Source: a virus
Virus record (IMG/VR): IMGVR_UViG_3300043466_003163
Location: 24,590-88,589 of that record
Length of the DNA stretch: 64,000 nucleotides
Reading direction: 5' to 3' (one strand)
Under the pieces are notes generated by a model that had not been told where the DNA came from, made no database searches, and saw only the letters and a list, made by a program, of their open reading frames with translations. Positions 51,004 to 60,143 of the stretch are shown here, piece after piece. How positions within the stretch are numbered: position 1 is the stretch's first letter; each line of letters starts with the position of its first letter. Both the position numbers and the translations under genes were made by a program.

Positions 51004-51789
51004 TTATACTGCTGCTTTATATCCATCACAATTATCTACACACCACTTACCAAATTCGAACATTCTCATTTGTTCTTTTGTTGGGTCTCTCATAGGCATT
51101 AAATTAATATATCCAGGTTTGAAGTATTTTCTACAACCTTCACAACTAAAATCATTTGATATTTTATCATCTTTTACCCATCCGATACAACCCTCAAAAC
51201 CTTTATAATCTGGTGCGGGTATTATAATGTGTTTTTTAACACAATCTTTAAGTATTTTACAATCAATCCCATCAATAATTTTTATAGGATCATATTCATC
51301 TCTTTCTTGCCATCTATCATCATCTCTTTCTTGCCATCTATCATCTTCTTTACAATCACACGATGGACAAAATTCATTTTTAGGTAGAGATTTACTATAC
51401 GCCAAAGTAGTACACATCGCCTTCCAAGTATTATAACCAACAATACCATCAACAACTAACCCATATTTACTTTGTAGACTTCTTTGGAATTCTTTTACTG
51501 CGTCTTCAGTATGACCTTTAAATATTCCATCACATCTTCTCCAGTCAGTGGCACAAAAATCAGTCATACCTCCACCACCATACTTGGAATTATATCCATG
51601 AACTGCTAAAATGTGTTGTATCATTTTAATTACATCTCCTGAAGATCCTTTAGCAGCAATTTTTCTTCTACATATTATATCACAAATTATATCACCTCTA
51701 GTGATTAAACCTAAATATGATTCATTTAATACATTTTTAACAATTTTTTTAAACTGAGTCTCAGTCAATCTATATACCTTTTTTTTCAT
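51004..51789 (-). CDS. Leader-bearing peptidoglycan-binding, Cys-rich protein
   Basis: GSSGDVIKMIQ..L, DGIF...TEDAVKEFQ, GLVVDGIVG..TW. Confidence 0.8.
   Translation of the reverse strand: MKKKVYRLTETQFKKIVKNVLNESYLGLITRGDIICDIICRRKIAAKGSSGDVIKMIQHILAVHGYNSKYGGGGMTDFCATDWRRCDGIFKGHTEDAVKEFQRSLQSKYGLVVDGIVGYNTWKAMCTTLAYSKSLPKNEFCPSCDCKEDDRWQERDDDRWQERDEYDPIKIIDGIDCKILKDCVKKHIIIPAPDYKGFEGCIGWVKDDKISNDFSCEGCRKYFKPGYINLMPMRDPTKEQMRMFEFGKWCVDNCDGYKAAV
51296..51343. repeat. 24-bp tandem duplication
   Basis: TCATCTCTTTCTTGCCATCTATCA x2 (DDRWQERD). Confidence 0.85.
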
Positions 51790-51790
51790 T

Positions 51791-52069
51791 TTAAATAAAT
51801 AAATTTATGTCATCATCATCTTCATATTCTGTACCTACATTAGTTAACCATTGATCAAATAAAGTGGCGTATTCTTCATCAGTCATTCCTTCTTTAATCT
51901 CACCCAACCAAGATTCGAATTCTTCTAGTTGTAAAGGAGATAAATCACCCCAACCAAATTTAAATTTCATTATATATAATACATTATCCTCATCTATTAA
52001 AGATTCACCTAATAATTTTTTATTTGCTTCAAAAATAAACCTTCTTTTCATTTTAAGTAATCTACTCAT
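51791..52069 (-). CDS. Small protein with basic leader and acidic body
   Basis: ..KKLLGES then D/E-rich; late motif upstream. Confidence 0.65.
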   Translation of the reverse strand: MSRLLKMKRRFIFEANKKLLGESLIDEDNVLYIMKFKFGWGDLSPLQLEEFESWLGEIKEGMTDEEYATLFDQWLTNVGTEYEDDDDINLFI

Positions 52070-52161
52070 AATTAATTTTTATTAATAAATATAAAAAAAC
52101 TGCTAAAAAATTTTTTTATTTAAAAAATTATTTTTATATTTGTTCTATAAATCTAATAATT

Positions 52162-52314
52162 ATGATAGTAGAATCTTTTAGAAACCTTAATGGTACGGAC
52201 AGAAAAGTAATTAAGTTTGCTTTGTTTCCTTTATTTGTAAATGGTAAATTTGTTTGGTTAAAACGTGTGGTTATCCATCAAGACTTTATTGATGGTGAAT
52301 GGGTAGATTTATAA
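52162..52314 (+). CDS. Small protein (50 aa, not in ORF track) behind host-type promoter
   Basis: MIVESFRN...FALFP...VWLK; TATATTTG at 52135-52142. Confidence 0.6.
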   Translation: MIVESFRNLNGTDRKVIKFALFPLFVNGKFVWLKRVVIHQDFIDGEWVDL

Positions 52315-52331
52315 TTAACTATTAAAATATT

Positions 52332-52415
52332 GAAAACCCATCATGGTAGCGAACCTGATGGGTTTATTTTTTGTCCGTAGACAACAACGGTCCTAATCCG
52401 TTTTATCTTTAATTT
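52332..52415 (-). ncRNA. Candidate late small RNA with three hairpins
   Basis: Late motif at 52421-52427, no ORF; hairpins with loops AUUAGGA, cUACGg and UCGCU. Confidence 0.55.
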
Positions 52416-52462
52416 TATATATAAATATTTACTTTAATCAAAAATATGATTAGATTTTTTAA

Positions 52463-52864
52463 ATGGAAGAAAAAAGTATATTAAACTGGGATTTACATCA
52501 AAAATTAATTGAGGGGAGATTTGGTAAAAGAAAAATAACTAAAATTATAGAAACAAATATCTATTCTAAATACGAAAAAGAATATTTAGAAAATAATAAA
52601 AGAATATTTTATGTTAACTCTATTGATATATTATCTGATGATACCGTAGTTTTAGAATGTTATTATCAAGATAGAAAAAAATATTATTTATCTGACAAAT
52701 TTGTTTTATACAATGATTACCCACTAAACGATAGGAATATCGTCAATAAAAAATGTGAAATTTTTTGGGTGATTAAATCATTTCGAGAATATATTCTTAA
52801 CGAAGAAAATCGTTTATATAAACATAAAATTATTTTAGAAGATTTAATTAGAAGTTTCCTTTAA
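52463..52864 (+). CDS. Hypothetical protein
   Basis: 133-aa ORF. Confidence 0.6.
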   Translation: MEEKSILNWDLHQKLIEGRFGKRKITKIIETNIYSKYEKEYLENNKRIFYVNSIDILSDDTVVLECYYQDRKKYYLSDKFVLYNDYPLNDRNIVNKKCEIFWVIKSFREYILNEENRLYKHKIILEDLIRSFL

Positions 52865-52972
52865 ATAAAAACTTTTTAATATCTCTTCGTTTTTTTTGAT
52901 TACGGATAATCTTTTGTTAAGATTAGACATATTTCTTTTTTGTCCTTTTATTTTTTTTCTTGCTTTAGCCAT
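52844..52972 (-). CDS. Small basic protein (42 aa, not in ORF track)
   Basis: MAKARKKIKGQKRNMSNLNKR... Confidence 0.5.
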   Translation of the reverse strand: MAKARKKIKGQKRNMSNLNKRLSVIKKNEEILKSFYLKETSN

Positions 52973-52989
52973 AGTTGTTTTTTTTAATC

Positions 52990-53589
52990 CTAATTATATT
53001 TATGAGAGAAAAACTCTCTACCATTTAAAGATATTTCATGATGATTAAGTAAAAAACCATCATCTATTAATCTTTCATAATCTTTTGTTGGTGTCATAGA
53101 CATTTTAGTATTATATATTAAAATATCTTGTTTAAATCCTTCTTCTATATAATATTCAAATTCAGACATTTTTTCAAACTCACTATCGTATTCTTCATCG
53201 TCTCCAGTTACAATTGCAAAATTAAATTTTTTATCTGATAATGGTAAAGTTTCTTTTAAAACATCATCTCTTTTATACATTCTTTTCCACACATTAAAAG
53301 CATCTCCCCTTATATCACCATCTCTGGAAACCATTAACCCATTGGGATAACAAAACATTAAAGCAATTTCTAAAACTGTTGGACCAAAACCCTTTTCTGC
53401 CGCAACCATAGGAAAATAATAAGTACCATCTTTACTTCGACTTAAACCCACAAAACCTAAAATTTTACTATTTTCAAAATCATACAATGTAATATTCATA
53501 TCATCGTATATTGAAATAATTATATTTCTAGGTAATAAAGACATTTTTTTATATTCCTCTTTTAATATTCTCCGTATTATTTCCTTCAT
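52990..53589 (-). CDS. Leader-bearing GNAT-like protein
   Basis: MKEIIRRILKEE; VAAEKGFGPTVLEIAL, DAFNVWKR. Confidence 0.55.
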   Translation of the reverse strand: MKEIIRRILKEEYKKMSLLPRNIIISIYDDMNITLYDFENSKILGFVGLSRSKDGTYYFPMVAAEKGFGPTVLEIALMFCYPNGLMVSRDGDIRGDAFNVWKRMYKRDDVLKETLPLSDKKFNFAIVTGDDEEYDSEFEKMSEFEYYIEEGFKQDILIYNTKMSMTPTKDYERLIDDGFLLNHHEISLNGREFFSHKYN

Positions 53590-53617
53590 ATTATAACAAT
53601 AAATATATTTTTATAAG

Positions 53618-54688
53618 TTAAAAAGGCATTTTTTCTGTTATTTCTTTTGCCAATTCTTTAATATATTTTTTAAAAATAACTTCCCCCAAATTTTCGTCTA
53701 CCCCAAAATTATTTACAACATAATCAATATCTAACGCACCTATCTTCCATCCATCAAAATGTAGCCAAGTATGTATATTCCAAGATTTATAAGCGTATTC
53801 TTCCCAAGGATACATAGGAAATTTTATGGCAATAATTTTTTCAGTAACAGTACCACCATAATTTTTATCCAATATTTCGTACTCAGTATCATCTAACATT
53901 GTTTTTACAATGTAATCGTAGAACTTTTCTTTTCTATCTACTGATTCCGTAACATAACTTTTACCTTTATCATCTTCAAATCCTATTAATTGACCAGTTT
54001 TAGAATCGTATTCTTTTTCCACCCAATCCCCATAGGCATCTTCGTAATACACCATCAATTTTTTATTAGTGTAAGGAATTTCTAAATATATTTGTACATA
54101 TTGTGGTGTTTCCGTAAAAATAGACTCAGACATATGGATTGTTATACGCCACCCATAAATCATTCTAAAAATATCCCCCCAATCACTCATAGGTATATTA
54201 AAATTATTAAAATCAACCATATAAGGTTTTTTTAATAAAGGAATTATTTTTTTATAATACGAATTTTTAACTTCTGTTGACTCATTAATATTTCTATTAT
54301 GTCTTCTATCAATTACCTGACCTTTATCATTTATAAAATATATTAGTTTTCCATATTCATCAAATTCTCTTCTAGCCCATTCACCTTTTGAATTATAATA
54401 GTATATCAAATTTCCGTATTCATTATGTTCATAAATTTGCCAAGCCCCATTATCGGTTTCAAAATATATGATTTCTGAATTTTTATCTACAACACTGTAA
54501 CCTTCATAATTGATAGTGTCCACAATAACTTTTTGATTAAATAAATTAGAAAAAATATCTTTCCACAAACCTTTAGGTATATCCATATTTATTAAATCTT
54601 TAAAATATGGTTTTTCTAATGATTTAGATATTTTTTCTATAACATCCTCTTTAGATTCTTTTAGTATACCCTTAATTGTTACTTTCAT
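53618..54688 (-). CDS. Three-module protein (two KPY/YD-like modules plus one YGL module)
   Basis: ILKES, INES and VTES at the module borders. Confidence 0.65.
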   Translation of the reverse strand: MKVTIKGILKESKEDVIEKISKSLEKPYFKDLINMDIPKGLWKDIFSNLFNQKVIVDTINYEGYSVVDKNSEIIYFETDNGAWQIYEHNEYGNLIYYYNSKGEWARREFDEYGKLIYFINDKGQVIDRRHNRNINESTEVKNSYYKKIIPLLKKPYMVDFNNFNIPMSDWGDIFRMIYGWRITIHMSESIFTETPQYVQIYLEIPYTNKKLMVYYEDAYGDWVEKEYDSKTGQLIGFEDDKGKSYVTESVDRKEKFYDYIVKTMLDDTEYEILDKNYGGTVTEKIIAIKFPMYPWEEYAYKSWNIHTWLHFDGWKIGALDIDYVVNNFGVDENLGEVIFKKYIKELAKEITEKMPF

Positions 54689-54719
54689 TAATTTATTTTC
54701 TATATAAATAGTTATTTGA

Positions 54720-55001
54720 TTAAAATACTGAATCTATTAGAATTTCTTTATATTCGTCCCATATTAATTTTGTGATTTTATAATCATCAACATTAAAGTT
54801 GTCATATAAATATATACTTAATTCTACTGGTGGGTTTTCATAAGTAATTATTCTTCTAACTTTACTATTAGGTATTAATAAAACTTTTTTCCAAGGAAAA
54901 CTAATGTACGGTTTTTGGGATGGTGATAAACTTTTTATTTCAGTTTCGTCTACTAAAACAGAAATTATATAATTAATATATTTTTTTATTTTTTCTTCCA
55001 T
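54720..55001 (-). CDS. YGL-module family protein
   Basis: KYINYIISVLVDET...NFNV...IWDEY. Confidence 0.65.
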   Translation of the reverse strand: MEEKIKKYINYIISVLVDETEIKSLSPSQKPYISFPWKKVLLIPNSKVRRIITYENPPVELSIYLYDNFNVDDYKITKLIWDEYKEILIDSVF

Positions 55002-55031
55002 TTTAACACATTTAACCTATTAATTATTTTT

Positions 55032-55790
55032 TTATTGTGGTATTGTTATAAAATGTTCAGTGATTTTACCAAAAGATCCTTGAAATATATGAGTTACTGG
55101 ACCATAACAACCTATATTTTTTTTACATTTACTATTCATTAAAGACTTACCATCACTCGCAGAGTGCCCCCAACCACCTCTTCTTTCTAATTGATAATGT
55201 ATATCAGATAATTCTAGCGGAATTGAGATGGTTAGTTTATAATTTTTACCAACCTTACTAGATTTATAATCAATTTCATCAATAATTGGTTTTGCTTTTA
55301 AAGAAGATAAAAAAGTATTTATTTCACATATCAGAACGTTAAATATTTGGTGAATTGTATCCCCCTTACTTCCAGAAGCGTGTGCAATACTTATACCTGT
55401 AGAAGGACCAATATAAGTCAATTCAAATAAAGAGGGTGTTTTTGTAAAAGTAAACATATCACCAAAAACATATTTATTCACCCCCCATTGTTTACATGAT
55501 TTCCAATCTGACCCTATTATAGATTTATTTTTTTCTTTTGGTGATGGGGTAATTATTTCTATAGGATTTATTTTTTTACTATTCATAGAAATACAGTATT
55601 CAAATTTTTTATTATTTTGTGTCTTTATTATATATTTAATGACACAATCTTTTATGGTTCTACACCCAACATCATCAAATATTTTTAATGAATCGTTAAT
55701 ATCATAATCATCATTCGATAACAATGAAAACTCATCTTCATTTAAAAATTTTTTTATTATTTTTCTTAATTCCGTATTAATTAATTTCAT
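55032..55790 (-). CDS. Leader-bearing hypothetical protein
   Basis: MKLINTELRKIIKKFLNE; RRGGWGH, EHFIT. Confidence 0.65.
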   Translation of the reverse strand: MKLINTELRKIIKKFLNEDEFSLLSNDDYDINDSLKIFDDVGCRTIKDCVIKYIIKTQNNKKFEYCISMNSKKINPIEIITPSPKEKNKSIIGSDWKSCKQWGVNKYVFGDMFTFTKTPSLFELTYIGPSTGISIAHASGSKGDTIHQIFNVLICEINTFLSSLKAKPIIDEIDYKSSKVGKNYKLTISIPLELSDIHYQLERRGGWGHSASDGKSLMNSKCKKNIGCYGPVTHIFQGSFGKITEHFITIPQ

Positions 55791-55814
55791 ATATAATAAA
55801 TATATATAAAATTA

Positions 55815-56378
55815 TTAAAATGTTAAAGTAATAAGTTCACATTTTATTTCAGGTATAGGAGAATCACCCCAAAAAGGTTTTCTATTGACAAAAGATATTA
55901 TCATTTCATTAGTCCTACTACAATCTATTTTTTGACTACTTAATATGTTTGGTAACTGATAATAATAAGGTAAAAAATAAATATGTGGATTTACTAAATC
56001 GTATCTATGTTTATTTACAAAGTTATAAACTACTTCATTTAAATCATTCACTAATTTATCCCATATAAATCTAAAGTATTTTGGTGGTAAACACATATCA
56101 TTTACAAAATAATCATAAACTTCACCGATTATATCAGTAATGTATTGTTTATAAAAATGATTATCGTAATAAGTATTACTATAATGTGGTTTTAAATCGA
56201 TTCCTCGCATATAATTACTTATCGAATTATTAACCTCATCGTCAAACACCAAAAAATGTTTTAAATCGTTATATTTTTTAAATGCAATAACAACTCGATT
56301 AAAACCTTCAAAATGGAATACTAAATCAAAATTATGATCTTTGTATATTTTTTCAATATATGTTGTATAATTAAACAT
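55815..56378 (-). CDS. Hypothetical protein
   Basis: 187 aa; TTGACA-N17-TAATCT upstream. Confidence 0.6.
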   Translation of the reverse strand: MFNYTTYIEKIYKDHNFDLVFHFEGFNRVVIAFKKYNDLKHFLVFDDEVNNSISNYMRGIDLKPHYSNTYYDNHFYKQYITDIIGEVYDYFVNDMCLPPKYFRFIWDKLVNDLNEVVYNFVNKHRYDLVNPHIYFLPYYYQLPNILSSQKIDCSRTNEMIISFVNRKPFWGDSPIPEIKCELITLTF

Positions 56379-56417
56379 ATATTAAGATTAATAAAAAAAA
56401 ATTTATTTGTCAAATAA

Positions 56418-57332
56418 TTAGTGATAACGTGGATTACGTATACCCCATTCATTTATAAGTATTTGATCCACTTCATATGAATAATCTTCCCATAAACTAT
56501 ATGATTCATCCATAGTTAACCCATAAGTATCCCTACAATACTGAAAAAAGTCTGCCCTATCAAAATGTCTTATTCTACTATATTGTAAATTGGTAAATGG
56601 TGTTGAGATATTAACCCACCCAAAGTTAGAATTAGAAGTAATGTATGTATCAGATAAAAGATATTCTAAAATTTTATTTAAATATTCATCTCTTTTAGGA
56701 TTTAATGTAGATTCATTCATAGAATCCCCACCTTTAAATTTATTAAACATTTTTTTACTATAAATTTCCCACACATAATCAAACTCCTCATCCGTCAACC
56801 CATAATTATGACCACAATATTCTTTAAATTCATTATAAAATGCGTCTGAAGGTTCTAATAAAGACATATATGAAGAATAAAAATTGATGGGTGGATATAA
56901 AATTACCTCTAAATTAACAATAATCTTAGTATCTTTAATTAATAAATCTACAATCTTATCGTAAAATATTTTTTGGTTATTCCCTATTGATTCGTTAAGA
57001 TTATTTTCATCCATCATTCCTTCTACCTCATCCCTTAATTTAGTGAATAATATTTTTGAGTATCTATTAAATATCTTTTGTATAATATTTTTATCGGTAA
57101 TGCCGAATTGATCGTTCATATAAGTATAATCGTCACTACCAACTTGCCAACTACCCAATAAGTATAAATGATAATCTAAACCGTCCCAATCCTCAGTATA
57201 AACTTCTTTCCCGTAAAAGGGGTATATTATTCTAACAATAGGATCACCTTTAATAGTTTTAATCTTATAGTTAGTATCTTCTAACATATAAGATACAATC
57301 TTATCTATTACACTATTTTCTTTATCCTTCAT
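56418..57332 (-). CDS. Three tandem YGL modules
   Basis: DKIV..L.DT ... YGLT...W x3, joined by LNES and MNES. Confidence 0.75.
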   Translation of the reverse strand: MKDKENSVIDKIVSYMLEDTNYKIKTIKGDPIVRIIYPFYGKEVYTEDWDGLDYHLYLLGSWQVGSDDYTYMNDQFGITDKNIIQKIFNRYSKILFTKLRDEVEGMMDENNLNESIGNNQKIFYDKIVDLLIKDTKIIVNLEVILYPPINFYSSYMSLLEPSDAFYNEFKEYCGHNYGLTDEEFDYVWEIYSKKMFNKFKGGDSMNESTLNPKRDEYLNKILEYLLSDTYITSNSNFGWVNISTPFTNLQYSRIRHFDRADFFQYCRDTYGLTMDESYSLWEDYSYEVDQILINEWGIRNPRYH

Positions 57333-57442
57333 AAAGTTTGTACAATTTTATTATTAACATCTAAGAAAAATTCGGTTAATTTATCCTCCATTTCATCATC
57401 AAACTCAACAAAATCATCACCATCATGTAAATCAAAAGTCAT
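57329..57442 (-). CDS. Small acidic peptide (37 aa, not in ORF track)
   Basis: MTFDLHDGDDFVEFDDEMEDK...; ATGA overlap with the next gene; late motif at 57474-57480. Confidence 0.45.
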   Translation of the reverse strand: MTFDLHDGDDFVEFDDEMEDKLTEFFLDVNNKIVQTL

Positions 57443-57492
57443 AAACTCATAATTTTCATTCTTTATTTTATTAATAAATATTGTGTAACAAT

Positions 57493-57520
57493 AAAAAACC
57501 TCATCGGATGATGAGGTTTT
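57493..57520 (-). terminator. Intrinsic terminator
   Basis: AAAACCTCATC-GGAT-GATGAGGTTTT. Confidence 0.8.
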
Positions 57521-57550
57521 AGTATTTTCGAAACCTTGTTTTTATTTTTA

Positions 57551-58579
57551 TTAGTCAATAACGATAGCTCTTAACGAGTTAGATGTTAATGAATCTGATT
57601 TTATGTAAATTAGTTTATTTTCATGTCTCTTTAAGAAATTATCTAAAGTATCATTATAGGTTGACATAAGATATTGTTTACCATCAATTATCATATTAAC
57701 TGCCAAAGTATAATGAATTTCAGTTTTGGTTCTAACCATTTGATGTCCGCATTCAGGACAAAACTTCCAAGATGATTTTTTAATCTTTGTTGTACATTTT
57801 GGACACCTCTCAACTAAATCTTTCTTTTCAAATGGTTTTTGTGATTCTGGTAAAATTTTCCAAACTGATGTTGATACTGACCAAACATTAAAGTTTTTAT
57901 TTACAGTTTTAAATGTTTGATCACTTGAAGACCCTTTTTCCACTCTACCTGTTTCAACTGATTTAGATTTTTTTACAAAACTTCTACTTCTTGGTTTTTG
58001 GTCATATTTCGACTCAAACTTATTTGATCTTACATTGTTACTGAAACTTAGTGTACCACTATTATTAGAAGTAAAAGTAACGTCCGTAGGTCGATAAGTG
58101 TAATCAATATTTGAGGTGTATAAATTGTTTCCAATTACATCATTAGTTGATGTAAGGTGATCAATACCACCAGTGGTAATAGTACCATAATTTTGATTCC
58201 ATTTAATGTTATTTAATAAGTCAATAATTGGATCTTCTTCCTCATAAAATACAACCTCAACGTCTCCATTGTTTGCAATTGCATTCATTGTTTCATTTGT
58301 CGAATCTACAGTATAAGTCTCAAACTTAAATTTGTTAGGGACATCGATGTACCTCTCAAGAAATATTCTTTCTCCTGGTCTTAGTACAATTCCTCCTCCA
58401 TTAATAAATTCTCCGTTTATTTTGATTTTTGATAAGACGGTTTTTCTTGATGGGTTATAAAGTTCTATCTCAAACTCCGATCCGTCTTTTAGATAAACAT
58501 TCTGTCCGAATTGTTTAATTCTTTGTTTGTTTTTTGTGATATACGCACATGGGTTATCACTGTTTACATTGTAATTCAT
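57551..58579 (-). CDS. Beta-sandwich-type protein with C-terminal zinc ribbon
   Basis: EFEIELYNP, LRPGERIFLERY; CPKC...CPECG. Confidence 0.7.
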   Translation of the reverse strand: MNYNVNSDNPCAYITKNKQRIKQFGQNVYLKDGSEFEIELYNPSRKTVLSKIKINGEFINGGGIVLRPGERIFLERYIDVPNKFKFETYTVDSTNETMNAIANNGDVEVVFYEEEDPIIDLLNNIKWNQNYGTITTGGIDHLTSTNDVIGNNLYTSNIDYTYRPTDVTFTSNNSGTLSFSNNVRSNKFESKYDQKPRSRSFVKKSKSVETGRVEKGSSSDQTFKTVNKNFNVWSVSTSVWKILPESQKPFEKKDLVERCPKCTTKIKKSSWKFCPECGHQMVRTKTEIHYTLAVNMIIDGKQYLMSTYNDTLDNFLKRHENKLIYIKSDSLTSNSLRAIVID

Positions 58580-58597
58580 TTTTCCTTATTTTTATTT

Positions 58598-58680
58598 TTT
58601 GTTATTATTGGAGATCGATTCGTTGGTAGTTATCCAACTCAAATGTTATTTAAACACTCGAACCCCATCAACAAGGTTTC
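58598..58680 (-). promoter_or_regulatory. Structured ~100-nt 5' UTR (three-way junction)
   Basis: Long closing stem plus GUGUU/AACAU and GUUGG/CCAAC hairpins after late motif 58685-58691. Confidence 0.5.
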
Positions 58681-58727
58681 AATTATAAATATAAGGTATT
58701 TTTATTTTATTGTAAATAGTTAAATAT

Positions 58728-59480
58728 TTACCACCAACCAAAACCACCAAATTTAGTGGCGTTAAAACCAAATTTTCTATTTAATACTGTTACTAACTCA
58801 GATTCCCAAATTTTAGTTTTATTAAAATAATTATTTAGAGTTTCCATCATTTCATGATGAATTATAATCACATCAAATTCAGGATTAGTGATATCAGGGC
58901 GGTTGTAACAAGGTTCAGGTAATTCTTCATAAATTTCGATAGGGTAATCACCCATAATATTATAATTTTTACCATCTACAAGTTTAAATAGATAATCGTT
59001 ATACTGATATTCTTCATCTGGTAAAACAAAACCGATTGCGTAAGGATCGCAACATATACCCATACCACAATTAAATTCTGCCCAATCAATCGATGAATCT
59101 GATAAATTAGGGTATTCTATATCTAATACTCTTTCTACAGTACTAATCATTTTATTTTCAGATTCATTAATAGGGTTAGATTTAAAATCATTTAAAATTT
59201 TCCTACATAAATTTTTTATATAGTTATCCATCACATAACTCGATTCCGTTTTATCTAAACCATAAGTATTATTAAGAAATTCTAAAACATTGTCATCCAT
59301 ATACCACCCAGACTCAATCCAATCCTTTATTTCTTCAATTACATAGTTATAAGAAATTTGTGCGAAGGGAAAACTTATACTAATCAAGTCACCAAAAGGG
59401 AAGGATCCATCTTTTGGTATCATATATGAGGTATCTTCTACTAAATACCTTACAATTTTATCTAAATATTTTTTATCCAT
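58728..59480 (-). CDS. YGL module fused through INES to a second, Cys-containing domain
   Basis: MDKKYLDKIVRYLVEDT...TYGLD; CGMGICCDP. Confidence 0.7.
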   Translation of the reverse strand: MDKKYLDKIVRYLVEDTSYMIPKDGSFPFGDLISISFPFAQISYNYVIEEIKDWIESGWYMDDNVLEFLNNTYGLDKTESSYVMDNYIKNLCRKILNDFKSNPINESENKMISTVERVLDIEYPNLSDSSIDWAEFNCGMGICCDPYAIGFVLPDEEYQYNDYLFKLVDGKNYNIMGDYPIEIYEELPEPCYNRPDITNPEFDVIIIHHEMMETLNNYFNKTKIWESELVTVLNRKFGFNATKFGGFGWW

Positions 59481-59506
59481 ATATTATTATAAGTATAAAC
59501 AAAAAT

Positions 59507-59771
59507 TTATTTATAACGTAAATATAAATCTATGATATGGTTAGAATACCATCCCCACACACGATCAGACTCAATTTTATCCAATCCGTAATGAGTTAAC
59601 ATAGTATAATAAAAACATTCAGGTACAATATCTATGGTTCAAAAAAACAGAAATATTACAATCAAACAAATACCAATGAAATGGTGACTCCTTTTTTCTA
59701 GTCGTGTTTTCGATTATGTCACTTATAACATAATTATTAAATCTCTTATTATTAGTAATATTAATATCCAA
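59507..59771 (-). pseudogene. Frameshifted YGL-module gene
   Basis: ..KRFNNYVISDIIENT.. in one frame and ..HYGLDKIESDRVWGWY.. in the +1 frame; break near 59640. Confidence 0.6.
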
Positions 59772-60066
59772 ACCCAATCTCATTTATTTTTTTCATATAT
59801 TCTTTCCAAACCCAATCAATCTCATCTTCAGTTAACCCGTAGTTATCAATACAATAATATTTAAAGTAAATCAACTGTGAGTCCAACCCACTATACGCAG
59901 TATCTTTCAACAACCCAAATGTGTGTAAATAAACTGATTTAAATCCAGTCCTTCCCGCAGTACTTTTACCACCACCCAAATAGTAAGGTGGGTTAAACCA
60001 ACCATAACCGATTTCAGTATCTTCTACCAAATACCTTACAATTTTATCTAAATATTTTTTATCCAT
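59761..60066 (-). CDS. YGL-module family protein
   Basis: MDKKYLDKIVRYLVEDT...YCIDNYGLTEDEIDWVWKEY. Confidence 0.75.
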   Translation of the reverse strand: MDKKYLDKIVRYLVEDTEIGYGWFNPPYYLGGGKSTAGRTGFKSVYLHTFGLLKDTAYSGLDSQLIYFKYYCIDNYGLTEDEIDWVWKEYMKKINEIGFGY

Positions 60067-60143
60067 ATCTAAATATAAATACCAGAATATTTAAAAAACA
60101 AATATATAAAAAATATTTTAACCCATCAAAGTATTTATTTAAT

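Noticed and set aside
52332-52415. Pistol ribozyme (UUAGG loop) or tRNA
   Set aside because: No downstream CCUAA pseudoknot partner and no cloverleaf or CCA end
58598-58680. Hammerhead ribozyme or purine riboswitch
   Set aside because: A three-way junction with a GAA is present, but the CUGANGA core and the purine-aptamer junction sequences are missing
30315-58680. Flanking inverted repeats as transposon ends
   Set aside because: No transposase and no target-site duplications; the sense-strand G-U wobble fits RNA pairing better
59630-59650. Programmed frameshift or phase variation at the T7 run
   Set aside because: Changing the T-run length to reach the downstream frame creates an in-frame TGA; decay or sequencing error is more likely
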